This document shows, one piece after another, positions 1 to 11,075 of a stretch of DNA of 64,000 bases; position 1 is the first letter of the stretch; every line of letters begins with the position of its first letter. The translations under genes and the position numbers were made by a program. This stretch comes from a virus (taxonomy: Duplodnaviria > Caudoviricetes). The stretch is taken from positions 64,001 through 128,000 of the IMG/VR virus record IMGVR_UViG_3300037295_000263; one strand, given 5' to 3'. The notes under the pieces were generated by a model that saw nothing but the letters and a program-made list of their open reading frames with translations, was not told the origin of the DNA and searched no databases.

Positions 1-1
1 A

Positions 2-1666
2 GTTGGTCCTGAATTTTCAAACGGGCTAGGCAGCGGACCAAAAGTTAAATCTATTAAAGATTCTAATGAGCAAGATAGAGTAATTTTAATATTTTATGTG
101 GAAGAAATTCCACTAATTATTTTTAGCAAAGACAGTTTTACTCCTAAAATATTCATCGATGGGTTTCCAGTAATTCGATCTGGACTTAATGTTACTTCAT
201 TGAATGTAGGTGTTGGAAATTTTGACACTAAACTATATGGTCGAGCAACTTCTTCAGATTCGTTGATAATAGCAGGAAATGAAATACCGGGCAATAAATT
301 TTTAAGATCCGATGTTCCTAACACGATAGATTTTGGACTGTTGATTAGAAATAATTCAGGATTAACAATTGGGACAGACGGAGTTTTTAATTTGTCTGCA
401 TCTGCAACTGCTGCAAAGCTCTATAATTCAGCACCAGGGAGTAGTTTAGATTTTCAAGTGAATCGTAACGGAGTACCTTCTACAACAGTTAGAATATTAA
501 ATGGCAATGTAGGCATTAATAATCTAAATCCATCTGAGGCACTAGCAGTAGTGGGTAATATTTCAGTGTCCGGGTCAATACTGTTACAAAGCGATGACCC
601 GGTTACAATTAATACTAATGGCGGAATATCAGTTGCTAAGAAAATATTAGCAAACGGTGGAATAGAAGTAACAGGAGCAATTAATCCTGAAGATATCGTG
701 CCTCGCAACACTGATCAGTATCAACTAGGTACAGCTGGAAAAAGATGGAAAACTATCAGAGCAGAAGCAGTTATTGCAGATACTATTACTGGTACGATTA
801 ACGGAGATATTACAGGAACAGCAGGAAAAGCAGCAGAACTAGCAACAGCTAGCACATTTTCAATTGACGGCGATGTTAGGACAATTGCAGATATTTCTTT
901 CAAAGGAATTGATAATGTTCGGATGATAACTACGTTAGACCCTGCATTTATAAACAACAAACCATCGCCATCGCCGAATATTTCGATACCAACTGATACA
1001 GTATTAGTTTCACGGCCGGGTGTAGGTTTGTTAAAAGAAACTCGCAACGTGTTTGTGGGAGACTTAGGAATACCGATAGGAGGGATACTGGCATATGCAG
1101 GAACTTCTCCCCCTCCGGGATTTTTATTGTGCGACGGTTCAGAGCTTGAAATTTCGAGGTACAACGTACTGTATCAAGTAATAGGGGCAACATATAATAC
1201 TTCGCAATTAAACGGAATAAACACATTCAGACTTCCAGATTTACGAGGCCGCAGCGCACTAGGTCGTGATAACATGGATAATGGCACCACGGTACCTAAT
1301 ATAAATGGAACACCGATCAATGCAGGAGGCGGGAATGCCAATCGAGTACCTGGCGTTGAAGCTGATACTATGGGCGGCTCAGGCGGAGCATCGAGCCAAG
1401 TGCTATCTAACTCGAATTTGCCAGATCACGAACATAGTTTAGTAGGATCAAGCGGCCAACAGTACTATGCTACTCGGTTAGATACTGCAGTTCCATTGGA
1501 TTCAGGAGCGTCTTTGGATAGAGGTCCAACGTTATCGAATCAGGCACAATATTTGCCGACCTCCGGAAGAATTAAAACGTCAGGCAATTTGTCTCAACCG
1601 TTTTCAGTTTTAGATCCATTTTTAACAATCAATTATATAATTCGTGCAGGACGTCCTGACTTTTAA
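2..1666 (+). CDS. Tail fibre protein with C-terminal tail collar domain (5'-truncated by window edge)
   Basis: Frame is open from base 2 (VGPEFSNG...), so the track's start at 98 is internal. Collar motif IPIGGILAYAGTSPPPGFLLCDG...FRLPDLRGR; N-part aligns by eye with the downstream paralogs. Confidence 0.75.
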   Translation, partial: VGPEFSNGLGSGPKVKSIKDSNEQDRVILIFYVEEIPLIIFSKDSFTPKIFIDGFPVIRSGLNVTSLNVGVGNFDTKLYGRATSSDSLIIAGNEIPGNKFLRSDVPNTIDFGLLIRNNSGLTIGTDGVFNLSASATAAKLYNSAPGSSLDFQVNRNGVPSTTVRILNGNVGINNLNPSEALAVVGNISVSGSILLQSDDPVTINTNGGISVAKKILANGGIEVTGAINPEDIVPRNTDQYQLGTAGKRWKTIRAEAVIADTITGTINGDITGTAGKAAELATASTFSIDGDVRTIADISFKGIDNVRMITTLDPAFINNKPSPSPNISIPTDTVLVSRPGVGLLKETRNVFVGDLGIPIGGILAYAGTSPPPGFLLCDGSELEISRYNVLYQVIGATYNTSQLNGINTFRLPDLRGRSALGRDNMDNGTTVPNINGTPINAGGGNANRVPGVEADTMGGSGGASSQVLSNSNLPDHEHSLVGSSGQQYYATRLDTAVPLDSGASLDRGPTLSNQAQYLPTSGRIKTSGNLSQPFSVLDPFLTINYIIRAGRPDF

Positions 1667-1677
1667 GGTAAACATAT

Positions 1678-3480
1678 ATGGCATATACAATAAACAAAAC
1701 AAACGGAACAATATTAGCAACAGTTCCAGACGGCCAAGTTGATCAATTCTCTTCTGATCTAACATTAATTGGAAAAAATTATGAAAGCTTTGGAGCATAT
1801 TTAAATGAGAATTTTATTAAATTGTTGGAAAATTTTTCTAACAATGTAAAACCTGAGCAGCCAATAAAGGGACAACTGTGGTTTGATTCAACAGAAACAA
1901 AACTTAAAGTATATACTGGGCTAGATTTTGTGCCAGTTAGCTCGGCTTCGATTTCTAATACTCCTCCGGACGGATTGGGTATCGGAGACTTATGGTATAA
2001 CAATATCGATAAGCAACTTTACTTTAATAGCGGCACTGCATTAGTATTGTTGGGTCCTTTGTATTCTGCAAGCCAACGAAAGAGTGGATTAGAAGTAGAC
2101 AGTATTTTAGATACGCTAAATCAAACAAAGATAGTAACTTATTTTTACTCCGGTGGTATATTACTAGGAATTTTTGCATCGGATACGTTTACTCCCCGTA
2201 TAGCAATTCCAGGATTTTCTGGAATCATTCAACCTGGATTCAATGCTGGATCAGTAGAGGGCATGAAATTTAATGTTACTGCAACTAATTCGGAAAAATT
2301 AGGCAATATACTTGCAGAAAATTATATAAGAACTGATCAATCGGGAATTATTAATGGCAGTTTAGTTTTAGCATCTGATGCTGGGATAACAGTAGGTGCA
2401 GGAAATCAAGGCGTGTTCGACGTAAGAAATGGCAACGTAACGATTGAAAATCAGTTATCGGGAAAAAATCTCCAATTTAATGTACGTAATACCGGAGCAG
2501 CAGAAACGGCACTAGAAATAGACTCGACTAGTCGAGAAGTTAGGATATTTTTAAATTCTATATCTAGTAAATTATTAGTAGGCGGAAATTTAACAGTCAA
2601 TGGAAATTTGTTAGTAAACGGAACAACAACTTCTATCAATGAAAGCATTTTAGAAATTGAAAATAAAAATATTATATTATCAGATACATCTACTCCGAGC
2701 GACGTACTAGCAAGTGGTGGAGGAATAATATTACGTGGGACCACAGATCATACATTAACATGGCTGTCTTCTGCAAAAGCATGGACTAGTTCGGAACATG
2801 TTAATTTAGAAAGTTCAACTAGTGTTCCTTCTCCGGACTACAAAATTAACGGAGTTACTGTAATATCTTCTAATTCTTTAGGAACAGGTATTACTAGCAT
2901 ACCAGGAGTTACTAATTTTGGTAAACAAACTGTATTAAAAGTTGGACCTGGATCTGCAATCGAGCCAGAAAGAATGAGATTGGAAAATAACAGAATCTCT
3001 ACAGTATCTAATGATTACAATTTAGAACTAGAAGCGCATGGATCTGGAAATATTTCTTTAATTGGAAATCCAAGAATAATAGGATTGTCAACTCCTGTAG
3101 ACAATAAAGATGCTGCCACAAAAGAATATGTTGATAATATAGTTGAAACTAGAAATTTATCTTTTAGTATTGATATCTCTGATAATATTACTAATACTGA
3201 AATAGCATCTATCTTACAACAACTTGCCCCGCCGACAGAACATAGAGCAGGCATATTAGCACGAATTTTGTGTACTAAGTCTGTAATTACCACTAACAAT
3301 ATAGATATAAATCCATCAGTAGAAATAACAAAAGGTGTTTTTAATCAGTCAACAGGAACGGCAGAAGCAGTCACTGACATTTCATTTACTCCAGTAACCA
3401 CCACACCAGCAGGAGTGTCTGTTACGAGAGAAATTAAAACATTCGAGATTATAGGCGGGATATGGATTTTTATTGCATAA
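1678..3480 (+). CDS. Tail fibre-like structural protein (paralog family)
   Basis: Shared N-module (GKNY...NENFIKLLENF...P..P..GQLWFD); G/N/T/S-rich beta-type body. Confidence 0.7.
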   Translation: MAYTINKTNGTILATVPDGQVDQFSSDLTLIGKNYESFGAYLNENFIKLLENFSNNVKPEQPIKGQLWFDSTETKLKVYTGLDFVPVSSASISNTPPDGLGIGDLWYNNIDKQLYFNSGTALVLLGPLYSASQRKSGLEVDSILDTLNQTKIVTYFYSGGILLGIFASDTFTPRIAIPGFSGIIQPGFNAGSVEGMKFNVTATNSEKLGNILAENYIRTDQSGIINGSLVLASDAGITVGAGNQGVFDVRNGNVTIENQLSGKNLQFNVRNTGAAETALEIDSTSREVRIFLNSISSKLLVGGNLTVNGNLLVNGTTTSINESILEIENKNIILSDTSTPSDVLASGGGIILRGTTDHTLTWLSSAKAWTSSEHVNLESSTSVPSPDYKINGVTVISSNSLGTGITSIPGVTNFGKQTVLKVGPGSAIEPERMRLENNRISTVSNDYNLELEAHGSGNISLIGNPRIIGLSTPVDNKDAATKEYVDNIVETRNLSFSIDISDNITNTEIASILQQLAPPTEHRAGILARILCTKSVITTNNIDINPSVEITKGVFNQSTGTAEAVTDISFTPVTTTPAGVSVTREIKTFEIIGGIWIFIA

Positions 3481-3501
3481 GCAGTACTTTAGGAGCATTT
3501 A

Positions 3502-5592
3502 ATGTCGTATATTATTAACAAATTTGACGGTACTCCGTTAGTTGTATTACAAGACGGTAGCATCGATACATCTACCAGTGTAGGGCTGCTTGGCAGAAAT
3601 TATGTAGGGTATGGAGAAACACAAAATGAAAATTTTGTACATTTACTAGAAAATTTTGCAGGAGATGCACCCCCAACAAAGCCTATTGTTGGCCAAGCAT
3701 GGTTTAATAAAATAACCAACACATTAAATGTTTTTACTGGGGACAACTGGTTACCTTTAAATGCAGCAATTTTAAGTAATGAAGAACCGAGAGCAACTAA
3801 CGGTTCGTTTTGGTTCAATACTATTACTAATCAGTTGTTTATATATGAAAATGAAACATGGGTTTTGATCGGACCCGAAGTGGCGATAGGATTCGGAGTA
3901 ACTAGATGTAAATCGACTACAATTATAGATTCAGTTGGAATAATCAGGCCTGTAATACAAACTGTAGTAGATAATACGATACTTGCCATTTTTTCTAAAA
4001 ATAGTTTTTCAATAGGATTGACAAATGAAATTCCTGGATTTTTTAATATTCGAGCAGGAGTGACTTTATCATCTAACTACAATATAACTGGATCTTTAAT
4101 CGGAAATGCAACAACTGCGTCTAGGTTTGAAGTTGGTAGAACTATTAATGGAGTTTTATTCGATGGCAGCAACGATGTTATTGTAAAAGCAACAACTACA
4201 AATTCTTTAATCCCAGGGCTGCACATTGCAGGAAACCAATTTGATGGATCAGGAATCGAAGAGTGGTCAGTGAGTACAGCTTCGGTTAACACCCCAGGAA
4301 AAATTGTTTCTAGAAATTTTAATGGAGATTTTTCAGCAAATGTTATTACTGCAACATTATCTGGAAATGTAAATGGCAACGTTACTACAACTACGGGCAC
4401 AAGCACATTTAATAAAGTTGTTGCTAGTGAATTTATAGGGGCCACTCTTTCAGGAAATGCATTAACTGCAACAAGACTGCGTACCTCGCGATTAATCAAT
4501 GGAGTACCATTCGACGGATCGTCGGATATTACTATAACCGCAAGTGCGTTGTCTGTTACGGGTACACGATTAGCACCTGCTGTGACTGATTCGAATATTA
4601 AAAGACTGGGCATAGTAGAGTCCTTACGAGTTACGAACGATGGTATTATTATCGGGAATAATAATGACATGTCATTGTCTGCATCAAGCTTGCAAGGATC
4701 TGTGATATCTGTAAATAGCAGTAAAGGTTTTATGTTGAAAATTGCAGATGACTCGCAATTAAATAATTCAGCCGAAGTATCTTTTATTTCTAGTGCGGAG
4801 TCTGCTAATGCAGGAGGAAGTCAAGAACCGGCGGTCGTTCCTAAACAAACTATGGCATATAATATTGGAATTCCTAATAAGAAATTTAATAAAATCTATG
4901 CTGATAAGTTTATTGGAGAAGCATCGGAAGCAGAAAATGCTAAATTCTCTATAACTCAGCCAGCTGGCACAAATGATACTACTATTGCAACAACTGCGTT
5001 TGTTCAAACAGTTATGCCTCGAGGAGCAATTGTTATGTGGTCAGGAGACTTAATTACAATTCCTAATTCGTGGGCATTGTGCAATGGTCAAAACGGTACT
5101 CCTGATTTGCGAGAAAAGTTTATTGTAGCAGCAGGAGGATCTTATGCTATAGGTGCACAAGGCGGTGCAAACAGCGTAGTTTTATCGATGAATCAAATGC
5201 CAAACCATAATCACTTGGGCACATCTGCGACATCGTCAGTTGAACATACCCATGCATGGAGCGGTAGCGGAACTACTGGAAATAGCGGAGCACACACTCA
5301 TACTATTAATGATCCAGGACATGTACACTCTCGAGGTAGGCAGCCGCTAGGTAGTGCAGACGGTAGTAATCCAAATTTAGGCAACGTAACAGGAAATACT
5401 GGATCGTCTACTACTGGAATTTCTATTAACGCAGCAGAAAATCATGCGCATAGTGTATCAGTATCAGGCACTACTGCTGCTGCTAGTTCTACACAACACA
5501 GTCATGCATTCGAAACGAATTTTGTAGGAAATAACTCAGCAATTGATATTAGACCAAGTTATTATGCGCTAGCATACATAATGAAGCTTTAA
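3502..5592 (+). CDS. Tail fibre protein with collar domain and His/Gly/Ser-rich tip
   Basis: Shared N-module; two T(A)xR...INGVxFDGS repeats; collar MPRGAIVMWSG...WALCNGQNGTPDLREKF; HxH motifs; AGGAG RBS. Confidence 0.75.
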   Translation: MSYIINKFDGTPLVVLQDGSIDTSTSVGLLGRNYVGYGETQNENFVHLLENFAGDAPPTKPIVGQAWFNKITNTLNVFTGDNWLPLNAAILSNEEPRATNGSFWFNTITNQLFIYENETWVLIGPEVAIGFGVTRCKSTTIIDSVGIIRPVIQTVVDNTILAIFSKNSFSIGLTNEIPGFFNIRAGVTLSSNYNITGSLIGNATTASRFEVGRTINGVLFDGSNDVIVKATTTNSLIPGLHIAGNQFDGSGIEEWSVSTASVNTPGKIVSRNFNGDFSANVITATLSGNVNGNVTTTTGTSTFNKVVASEFIGATLSGNALTATRLRTSRLINGVPFDGSSDITITASALSVTGTRLAPAVTDSNIKRLGIVESLRVTNDGIIIGNNNDMSLSASSLQGSVISVNSSKGFMLKIADDSQLNNSAEVSFISSAESANAGGSQEPAVVPKQTMAYNIGIPNKKFNKIYADKFIGEASEAENAKFSITQPAGTNDTTIATTAFVQTVMPRGAIVMWSGDLITIPNSWALCNGQNGTPDLREKFIVAAGGSYAIGAQGGANSVVLSMNQMPNHNHLGTSATSSVEHTHAWSGSGTTGNSGAHTHTINDPGHVHSRGRQPLGSADGSNPNLGNVTGNTGSSTTGISINAAENHAHSVSVSGTTAAASSTQHSHAFETNFVGNNSAIDIRPSYYALAYIMKL

Positions 5593-5602
5593 AATTCAGC
5601 AG

Positions 5603-5610
5603 GATAAATA
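5603..5610 (+). promoter_or_regulatory. T4-late-like promoter motif GATAAATA
   Basis: Intergenic, upstream of GGAG RBS and the tail fibre gene; resembles T4 TATAAATA. Confidence 0.6.
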
Positions 5611-5631
5611 ATAGTTAGAACGGAGCTATGT

Positions 5632-7413
5632 ATGGCATATCAAGTAGACAGATTTAATGGAACTTTTTTAACCTCGGTAAATGACGGCACTATAGATCGA
5701 GCTGCAACTGACTTAATACTCGTGGGTAAAAATTATGCCGGATACGGCGAGTTACAAAATGAAAATTTTGTTCACTTGTTAGAAAATTTTGCAAATGCAA
5801 CTTCCCCTCCGCATGCTATTACTGGTCAAATTTGGTACGATAGCAGTGCTAAAAAAATAAGATTTTGGGATGGCGATCGGTTTAAAACGGCTAGTGGCGC
5901 AGAAGTCGGAAATGCACCACCGGAGGACATGCAACCAGGCGAGTTTTGGTTTAAGCCTTCGAATAATGGCTTTCCCGAGCAGTTATATGTGTGGAATGGC
6001 ATAGAAACTGTTTTAATTGGACCAGAAACCACTTCAGTAACTGGTGCAGCAACAATATCTACAATGGTAGTGGATACACTAGGAGTTGATAGGCTTATTG
6101 TTAAATTACAATCAAATAATAAAGTAGTTGCAATAATTAGTAGTAACGATAGCGAATTTATACTTGATAATTCGATTAACCCGATACCTGGATTCACTAA
6201 CGTTATTAAGAAAGGAATAACATTAGTCAACACAACTACTACTGGAGAAAGCATAGATGACTATTATTTTTGGGGTACAGCAGCTAACGCATTGACATTA
6301 GACGGATTGTCTGCTGCTGATTTTGCTAGATCACAAGAGCCAGTTTTCGATAATGTAGTGGATTTTAAAGATTTTGGATTTCGTTTAGGTAATAGTGCAG
6401 ATTTGTCAGTTTCTATTGAAAACGGTGACGAAATAGTTGTGTTAGGACAAAATTATATTAAAATTAGGATAGCTGGGCCTGATGAAATAGTACGCAATGT
6501 TGCAGAATTCACAGAATTTGGAATTATTCCTGGAATAGGAAATACATATTCGTTAGGCACTGAGAGTACGCCCTGGTCCGATGTTTATGCAGATTCTGTA
6601 TCCGGGAATGTAACAGGAAATGTTGTAGGAAATGTTGTAGGAGACCTTACTGGAAACGTTAGAGCAATCGACAATTCTATAATAATAGATGCATCTGCAA
6701 AATCGTTTCTGGGAAACGTAGGGCTTCCTGGTAATTTATCAACAGTATACGGCAATGTATTTGGAAATTTGACAGGAACAGCTACTAATTCGTTAACTTT
6801 AAATGGAGTTAGTGAAAAAGCAGGCGCATTTCCTAACACAATTGCATTACGCGATGCTAACTCTAGTATTACTGCTTTTAGATTCATTGGCACTGCAGAT
6901 AGAACAGAAAGACTAAAAGTTGATAATGCAGCAGTTGATACTGACCCTACATATAGATCAGCAAAAACTACACCTATTCCGACAACAATCGTTGCTAGAG
7001 ATGCTTCTGGAAATATTTCAGCAAATATTTTTCAAGGCACAGCAACTTCAGCTAGGTATGCCGACTTAGCAGAAAAGTATTTGGCCGACACAGAGTACGG
7101 AGTTGGCACAGTAGTTATAGTTGGCGGCGAACAAGAAATAACAGCTTGCTCAGTAAATTCAAGAGCATTGGGAGTAGTGTCTGCGAATCCTGCATTTATG
7201 ATGAATAGAGATTTAGAAGGTGGTACATACATTGCTTTAAAAGGAAGAGTTCCTGTAAAAGTTCTAGGTAAAGTCACTAAAGGCGACAAGTTGATAGCAG
7301 GATCTGATGGTCTTGCAATAGTTACTTCTGAGAAAGATCCTTTTATCTTTGCTATTGCTTTAGAGACGAATGATTCAGAAAATATAAAACTAGTAGAAGC
7401 AGTAGTACTTTAA
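5632..7413 (+). CDS. Tail fibre protein with C-terminal peptidase G2-like (autocleaving chaperone) domain
   Basis: Shared N-module; GNV repeats; C-terminal YADLAEKY...GVVSANPA...IALKGRVPVKV. Confidence 0.65.
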   Translation: MAYQVDRFNGTFLTSVNDGTIDRAATDLILVGKNYAGYGELQNENFVHLLENFANATSPPHAITGQIWYDSSAKKIRFWDGDRFKTASGAEVGNAPPEDMQPGEFWFKPSNNGFPEQLYVWNGIETVLIGPETTSVTGAATISTMVVDTLGVDRLIVKLQSNNKVVAIISSNDSEFILDNSINPIPGFTNVIKKGITLVNTTTTGESIDDYYFWGTAANALTLDGLSAADFARSQEPVFDNVVDFKDFGFRLGNSADLSVSIENGDEIVVLGQNYIKIRIAGPDEIVRNVAEFTEFGIIPGIGNTYSLGTESTPWSDVYADSVSGNVTGNVVGNVVGDLTGNVRAIDNSIIIDASAKSFLGNVGLPGNLSTVYGNVFGNLTGTATNSLTLNGVSEKAGAFPNTIALRDANSSITAFRFIGTADRTERLKVDNAAVDTDPTYRSAKTTPIPTTIVARDASGNISANIFQGTATSARYADLAEKYLADTEYGVGTVVIVGGEQEITACSVNSRALGVVSANPAFMMNRDLEGGTYIALKGRVPVKVLGKVTKGDKLIAGSDGLAIVTSEKDPFIFAIALETNDSENIKLVEAVVL

Positions 7414-7422
7414 GGAATAATA

Positions 7423-8364
7423 ATGGCAATTGGCGATTTAATAACAGCAGTAGATTATAATAACATCAGAACTAAAATACTAGGAATTTTAGGACCTGGT
7501 GCAGGAAAAAGTGGATATAATCAAACTTTACAAAGTTTGCAAGTTTCATTAGATTCAAAAATAACTACACTGCAATGGAATCAATTACGTGCCGATATTT
7601 TCAGTACTTTACTACATCAAACAGGTGCTGCGCCTGGAATATTTACTGCAACCACAGGGAGTTTAATTAGATTCGGAACATCATTTCCTGTAAATCAATA
7701 CGATACATTATCTGAATCGGCCATAACTAATCGTTTTGCAATAGGTGCCAACCAGTTTGCAATTGAAACTGGAGGTTCGACTTCTCGTACTACTGCATGG
7801 AACTCCTCAGTTAGTACAACTGTGGTAGTTAATTTTGCTAATGCAGCCGAAGCACGATATTTTTTCAATAGTGGCGGAAAACTTAGATTTCAAAGTTTCA
7901 GGTCAGGCGGATCTGTATCAGCACAAAATACTAGTTGGACAAATTTATTAAATGCTGCAGGGGTCAGAGAAATTGCAGGAGAAACGCCGTCTGTAAATTT
8001 TTACAATTTAACAAATTCTTACCAAAACTTGTATTCGACGACAGCAAGTGCACCGTATTCTTCTAATACTTATACAATAGATGTATTGTGTAATGAGGCT
8101 GACAATTCGTCAGGCACAGCATCACAATTAACTTTTAGAGTGACTTGGACCGATCCGTATGTAGATCCGGGTAATACAGGCCCTAACGATTTTTATCCAG
8201 GCGATAACCCTAATACAGATGATATAATAGACGGAACGCTAGGATTAACAGTAACCCAATTGCGGGCAACTGGCGACTTGTACAACGCCAGCGGCACTGC
8301 TTATGCTACGTTTACAGTAGCAGGACCTAGCAGCTATTCTATTCCTGCAATTAGCGGTTCTTAA
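7423..8364 (+). CDS. Putative virion structural protein
   Basis: S/T/G/N-rich 313 aa ORF at the end of the fibre array; AAGGA RBS. Confidence 0.5.
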   Translation: MAIGDLITAVDYNNIRTKILGILGPGAGKSGYNQTLQSLQVSLDSKITTLQWNQLRADIFSTLLHQTGAAPGIFTATTGSLIRFGTSFPVNQYDTLSESAITNRFAIGANQFAIETGGSTSRTTAWNSSVSTTVVVNFANAAEARYFFNSGGKLRFQSFRSGGSVSAQNTSWTNLLNAAGVREIAGETPSVNFYNLTNSYQNLYSTTASAPYSSNTYTIDVLCNEADNSSGTASQLTFRVTWTDPYVDPGNTGPNDFYPGDNPNTDDIIDGTLGLTVTQLRATGDLYNASGTAYATFTVAGPSSYSIPAISGS

Positions 8365-8388
8365 TTAGTACAATCTTATAAAATAGCA

Positions 8389-8396
8389 CATAAATA
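8389..8396 (+). promoter_or_regulatory. T4-late-like promoter motif CATAAATA
   Basis: Intergenic, heads the 8.4-19.6 kb operon. Confidence 0.6.
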
Positions 8397-8421
8397 ATGT
8401 ACGCATTTTATAGGATAGTAA

Positions 8422-8775
8422 ATGGATTCTCGATTAAAACAAGCTCTCGATTTCTCGAATTACAATCAAACATTATCGATTCAACGAAAACAATTAAAAG
8501 AAAAAATAGAAGCTAAATTGACCTATGGTTATAATGGTGGAATTTTTCGAATTGATCAATCTTTAATTTCTTTTGTACAAACTTTAATTAATAAACAACG
8601 TATAAATGATATTCCTTTACTGGATTTAAACAACATTCCTGTAATGATAGACGATCTGATTAAATTCCAAGACAATATTTTGGATAGATATTTTACTTCA
8701 GTCTATCAGTATCATGAAGAATACGAATTATTAAAAAAATCGAGATCGGTTGAGAAATTAATTAACTATGAATGA
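8422..8775 (+). CDS. Hypothetical protein, first gene of the glycosylation-like operon
   Basis: 117 aa ORF, AGGA RBS, overlaps the next gene. Confidence 0.6.
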   Translation: MDSRLKQALDFSNYNQTLSIQRKQLKEKIEAKLTYGYNGGIFRIDQSLISFVQTLINKQRINDIPLLDLNNIPVMIDDLIKFQDNILDRYFTSVYQYHEEYELLKKSRSVEKLINYE

Positions 8776-9631
8776 AAAAGGGATAGTCATCTTCGCTCAT
8801 AATAACAAGCAAGTGGATTATGGAATACTTGCGACAGTTGCTGCAGGGTTAGCTAAAAAAAATTTAAAAGTTCCTGTAACACTTATTACAGATAAAACTA
8901 CAATCGAGTGGATGCAGGAAAGTGGAACATATTTAAAAGCTATTCCTATTTTTCATAAAATAATTTTAGTTGAAAATGAAGAATTTAATAATCATCGATT
9001 GCTATTTGATGGTACAGATTCTCAGATAGTACCTTTTAAAAACTTAAATAGAAATTCAGTTTGGAATTTAACTCCGTACGAAACTACATTATTAATCGAT
9101 AGTGATTTTTTAATTTTTTCTGATTATTTAGATAAATTTTGGGATTTAGATTTTGACGTTATGATATCTAGTGCAATGCAGGATATCAAAGGGACTCGTG
9201 CTGGCATATTAGATAAACGAATTTCTGAAACAGGTGTACGCATGTTGTGGGCAACTACTGTAATGTTTAAGAAGAATCATAGATCGAAATTATTTTTCGA
9301 TTTAGTAGATTACATCAAAGACAATTATAAACATTATGCTGATCTATTTAGATTTAATCCTAAGCAATATAGAAATGATATTTCATTTAGCATAGCTAAA
9401 CATATTCTTGACGGCTTTGAAGAAAATCTAGTAGGATCGTTGCCTTCTGTATTAACTACTATCGATAAAGACATTTTGCATTCTGTACTACCGGACGGCA
9501 GTTTATTGTTTTTATTAAACAACGAACAGAGTAATCAGTATTCTGCGATATCGATATTAAATACGGATGTGCATGTTATGAATAAACAAAGCGTAGTCCG
9601 TGTAAGCAGCCAATTATTGGAACTAATATGA
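8768..9631 (+). CDS. Putative GT-A glycosyltransferase (GT8-like)
   Basis: DxD motif in TPYETTLLIDSDFL; WATTVMF and YRND segments; paralog of the next ORF. Confidence 0.6.
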   Translation: MNEKGIVIFAHNNKQVDYGILATVAAGLAKKNLKVPVTLITDKTTIEWMQESGTYLKAIPIFHKIILVENEEFNNHRLLFDGTDSQIVPFKNLNRNSVWNLTPYETTLLIDSDFLIFSDYLDKFWDLDFDVMISSAMQDIKGTRAGILDKRISETGVRMLWATTVMFKKNHRSKLFFDLVDYIKDNYKHYADLFRFNPKQYRNDISFSIAKHILDGFEENLVGSLPSVLTTIDKDILHSVLPDGSLLFLLNNEQSNQYSAISILNTDVHVMNKQSVVRVSSQLLELI

Positions 9632-10467
9632 ATTTTGGATATCTGATATTTGTATCAAAATCCAACGATACCGATTATTTAAAATTAGCGTATGCGTTGG
9701 CACTGAGTATAAAGAACACACAAAAAGAAGGGTATGACAAAGTTGCATTAGTTATCGATAATGCAGAGCAATTAAAAAAATTAACAAGCTCGTGGGTGTT
9801 TGATGAAGTAATTATCTGGAAAAAAGAGTCGTTTTGGGACGGCAGGTCGTGGATGGACCAGTTATCGCCGTGGGACAACACAGTATGTTTAGATGCGGAT
9901 ATGCTGTTCACACGCGATGTAAGTCATTGGATTGATTATTTTGTAGACAATTGCGAACTGTATATTACTCCTAAAGCATATACATACAGAGGGGAAATAA
10001 TAACAAATGATTATTATAGAAAAGCATTTACAAAAAATAAATTGCCTAACTTATACTCTTTTTATACATTTTTTAAAAAGACAAACATGTCTTCTGACTT
10101 TTTTAATCTAGGAAGATACATTATTAAAAACCCTAACGAATTTAAAAATTTATATCTTATCAATTTTAAACCCTCTGTTGTAGGAACAGATGAATCTTTT
10201 GCATTAAGTGCAAAATTACTTGGCATTGAAGATTACATCTCTTATACTTTAGATTTTCCTAAAGTAGTACATATGAAATCTATGATTCAAAATTGGCCGT
10301 GGCCTGCAAATAAATTTACTGATCATGTGGGATTTTATTTTAATAGATCAGGAAAATTAAAAATAGGCAATTATCAGCAAAATGACATAGTACACTACGT
10401 AGAAAAAGATTTAATCACAGACGAAATTATTAACATACTTGAGGAAATATCATGGAACAAAGCATAG
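9628..10467 (+). CDS. Putative GT-A glycosyltransferase (GT8-like)
   Basis: SPWDNTVCLDADMLF (DxD); C-terminal VVHMK and VHY motifs; ATGA overlap. Confidence 0.6.
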   Translation: MNFGYLIFVSKSNDTDYLKLAYALALSIKNTQKEGYDKVALVIDNAEQLKKLTSSWVFDEVIIWKKESFWDGRSWMDQLSPWDNTVCLDADMLFTRDVSHWIDYFVDNCELYITPKAYTYRGEIITNDYYRKAFTKNKLPNLYSFYTFFKKTNMSSDFFNLGRYIIKNPNEFKNLYLINFKPSVVGTDESFALSAKLLGIEDYISYTLDFPKVVHMKSMIQNWPWPANKFTDHVGFYFNRSGKLKIGNYQQNDIVHYVEKDLITDEIINILEEISWNKA

Positions 10468-11075
10468 TTAAAATGGCAAAATGGACAGGCGGATTCACAC
10501 TAAAAGATGTACAGCATTGGGCAGTATTTAATCCGGAATCAGGAAAAATTATAGGAATATATCCTGGAAGATCAGCAAATGAATTTAAATCCAAAGTTAA
10601 AGTAGAACCTGAATTAATTGAAGCAGTCAATCGAGGGGAAGTTCAATTAGACATGTGCTCAGTGAATTTAATAGACGGAGAGTTATCTATAGTTCAATCT
10701 CAGTCATTGACTACAATGGATGATGTATTACATAGAATAGTGGAGCAGAAATGGTCAAAATCTGACGATGCTGAAATTTTTATAAAATATTCTAGAGATA
10801 CTAAAAAACTTAAAATTTCGTTAACTGAAAAGTTTTATGGCAAAAGAAAAAGTAAAACAAAAACTTCAAAAAGAAAAATATTTTGGACAGATAATGCAGA
10901 GATGTCATTTCTGATCACTGATTATAACGATCCTAATATTATACATAGTACTGTAACTTTGCATCTTAACGAGTTAGTTGGAAAAGATAAAGTTCTTAAA
11001 GATGTAGAATTACCTGAAAATTTTAGTGTATATACTAAAAGATTATTTAAAAATTATGTAATTGAGATATCATGA
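10452..11075 (+). CDS. Hypothetical protein
   Basis: 207 aa ORF overlapping both neighbours; start uncertain. Confidence 0.55.
   Translation: MEQSIVKMAKWTGGFTLKDVQHWAVFNPESGKIIGIYPGRSANEFKSKVKVEPELIEAVNRGEVQLDMCSVNLIDGELSIVQSQSLTTMDDVLHRIVEQKWSKSDDAEIFIKYSRDTKKLKISLTEKFYGKRKSKTKTSKRKIFWTDNAEMSFLITDYNDPNIIHSTVTLHLNELVGKDKVLKDVELPENFSVYTKRLFKNYVIEIS

Noticed and set aside
6607-6660. GGAAATGTTGTA short tandem repeats
   Set aside because: Ordinary GNV beta-repeat coding in a tail fibre.
2-7413. Diversity-generating retroelement acting on the tail fibres
   Set aside because: No reverse transcriptase and no TR/VR pair with adenine-specific mismatches in the window.
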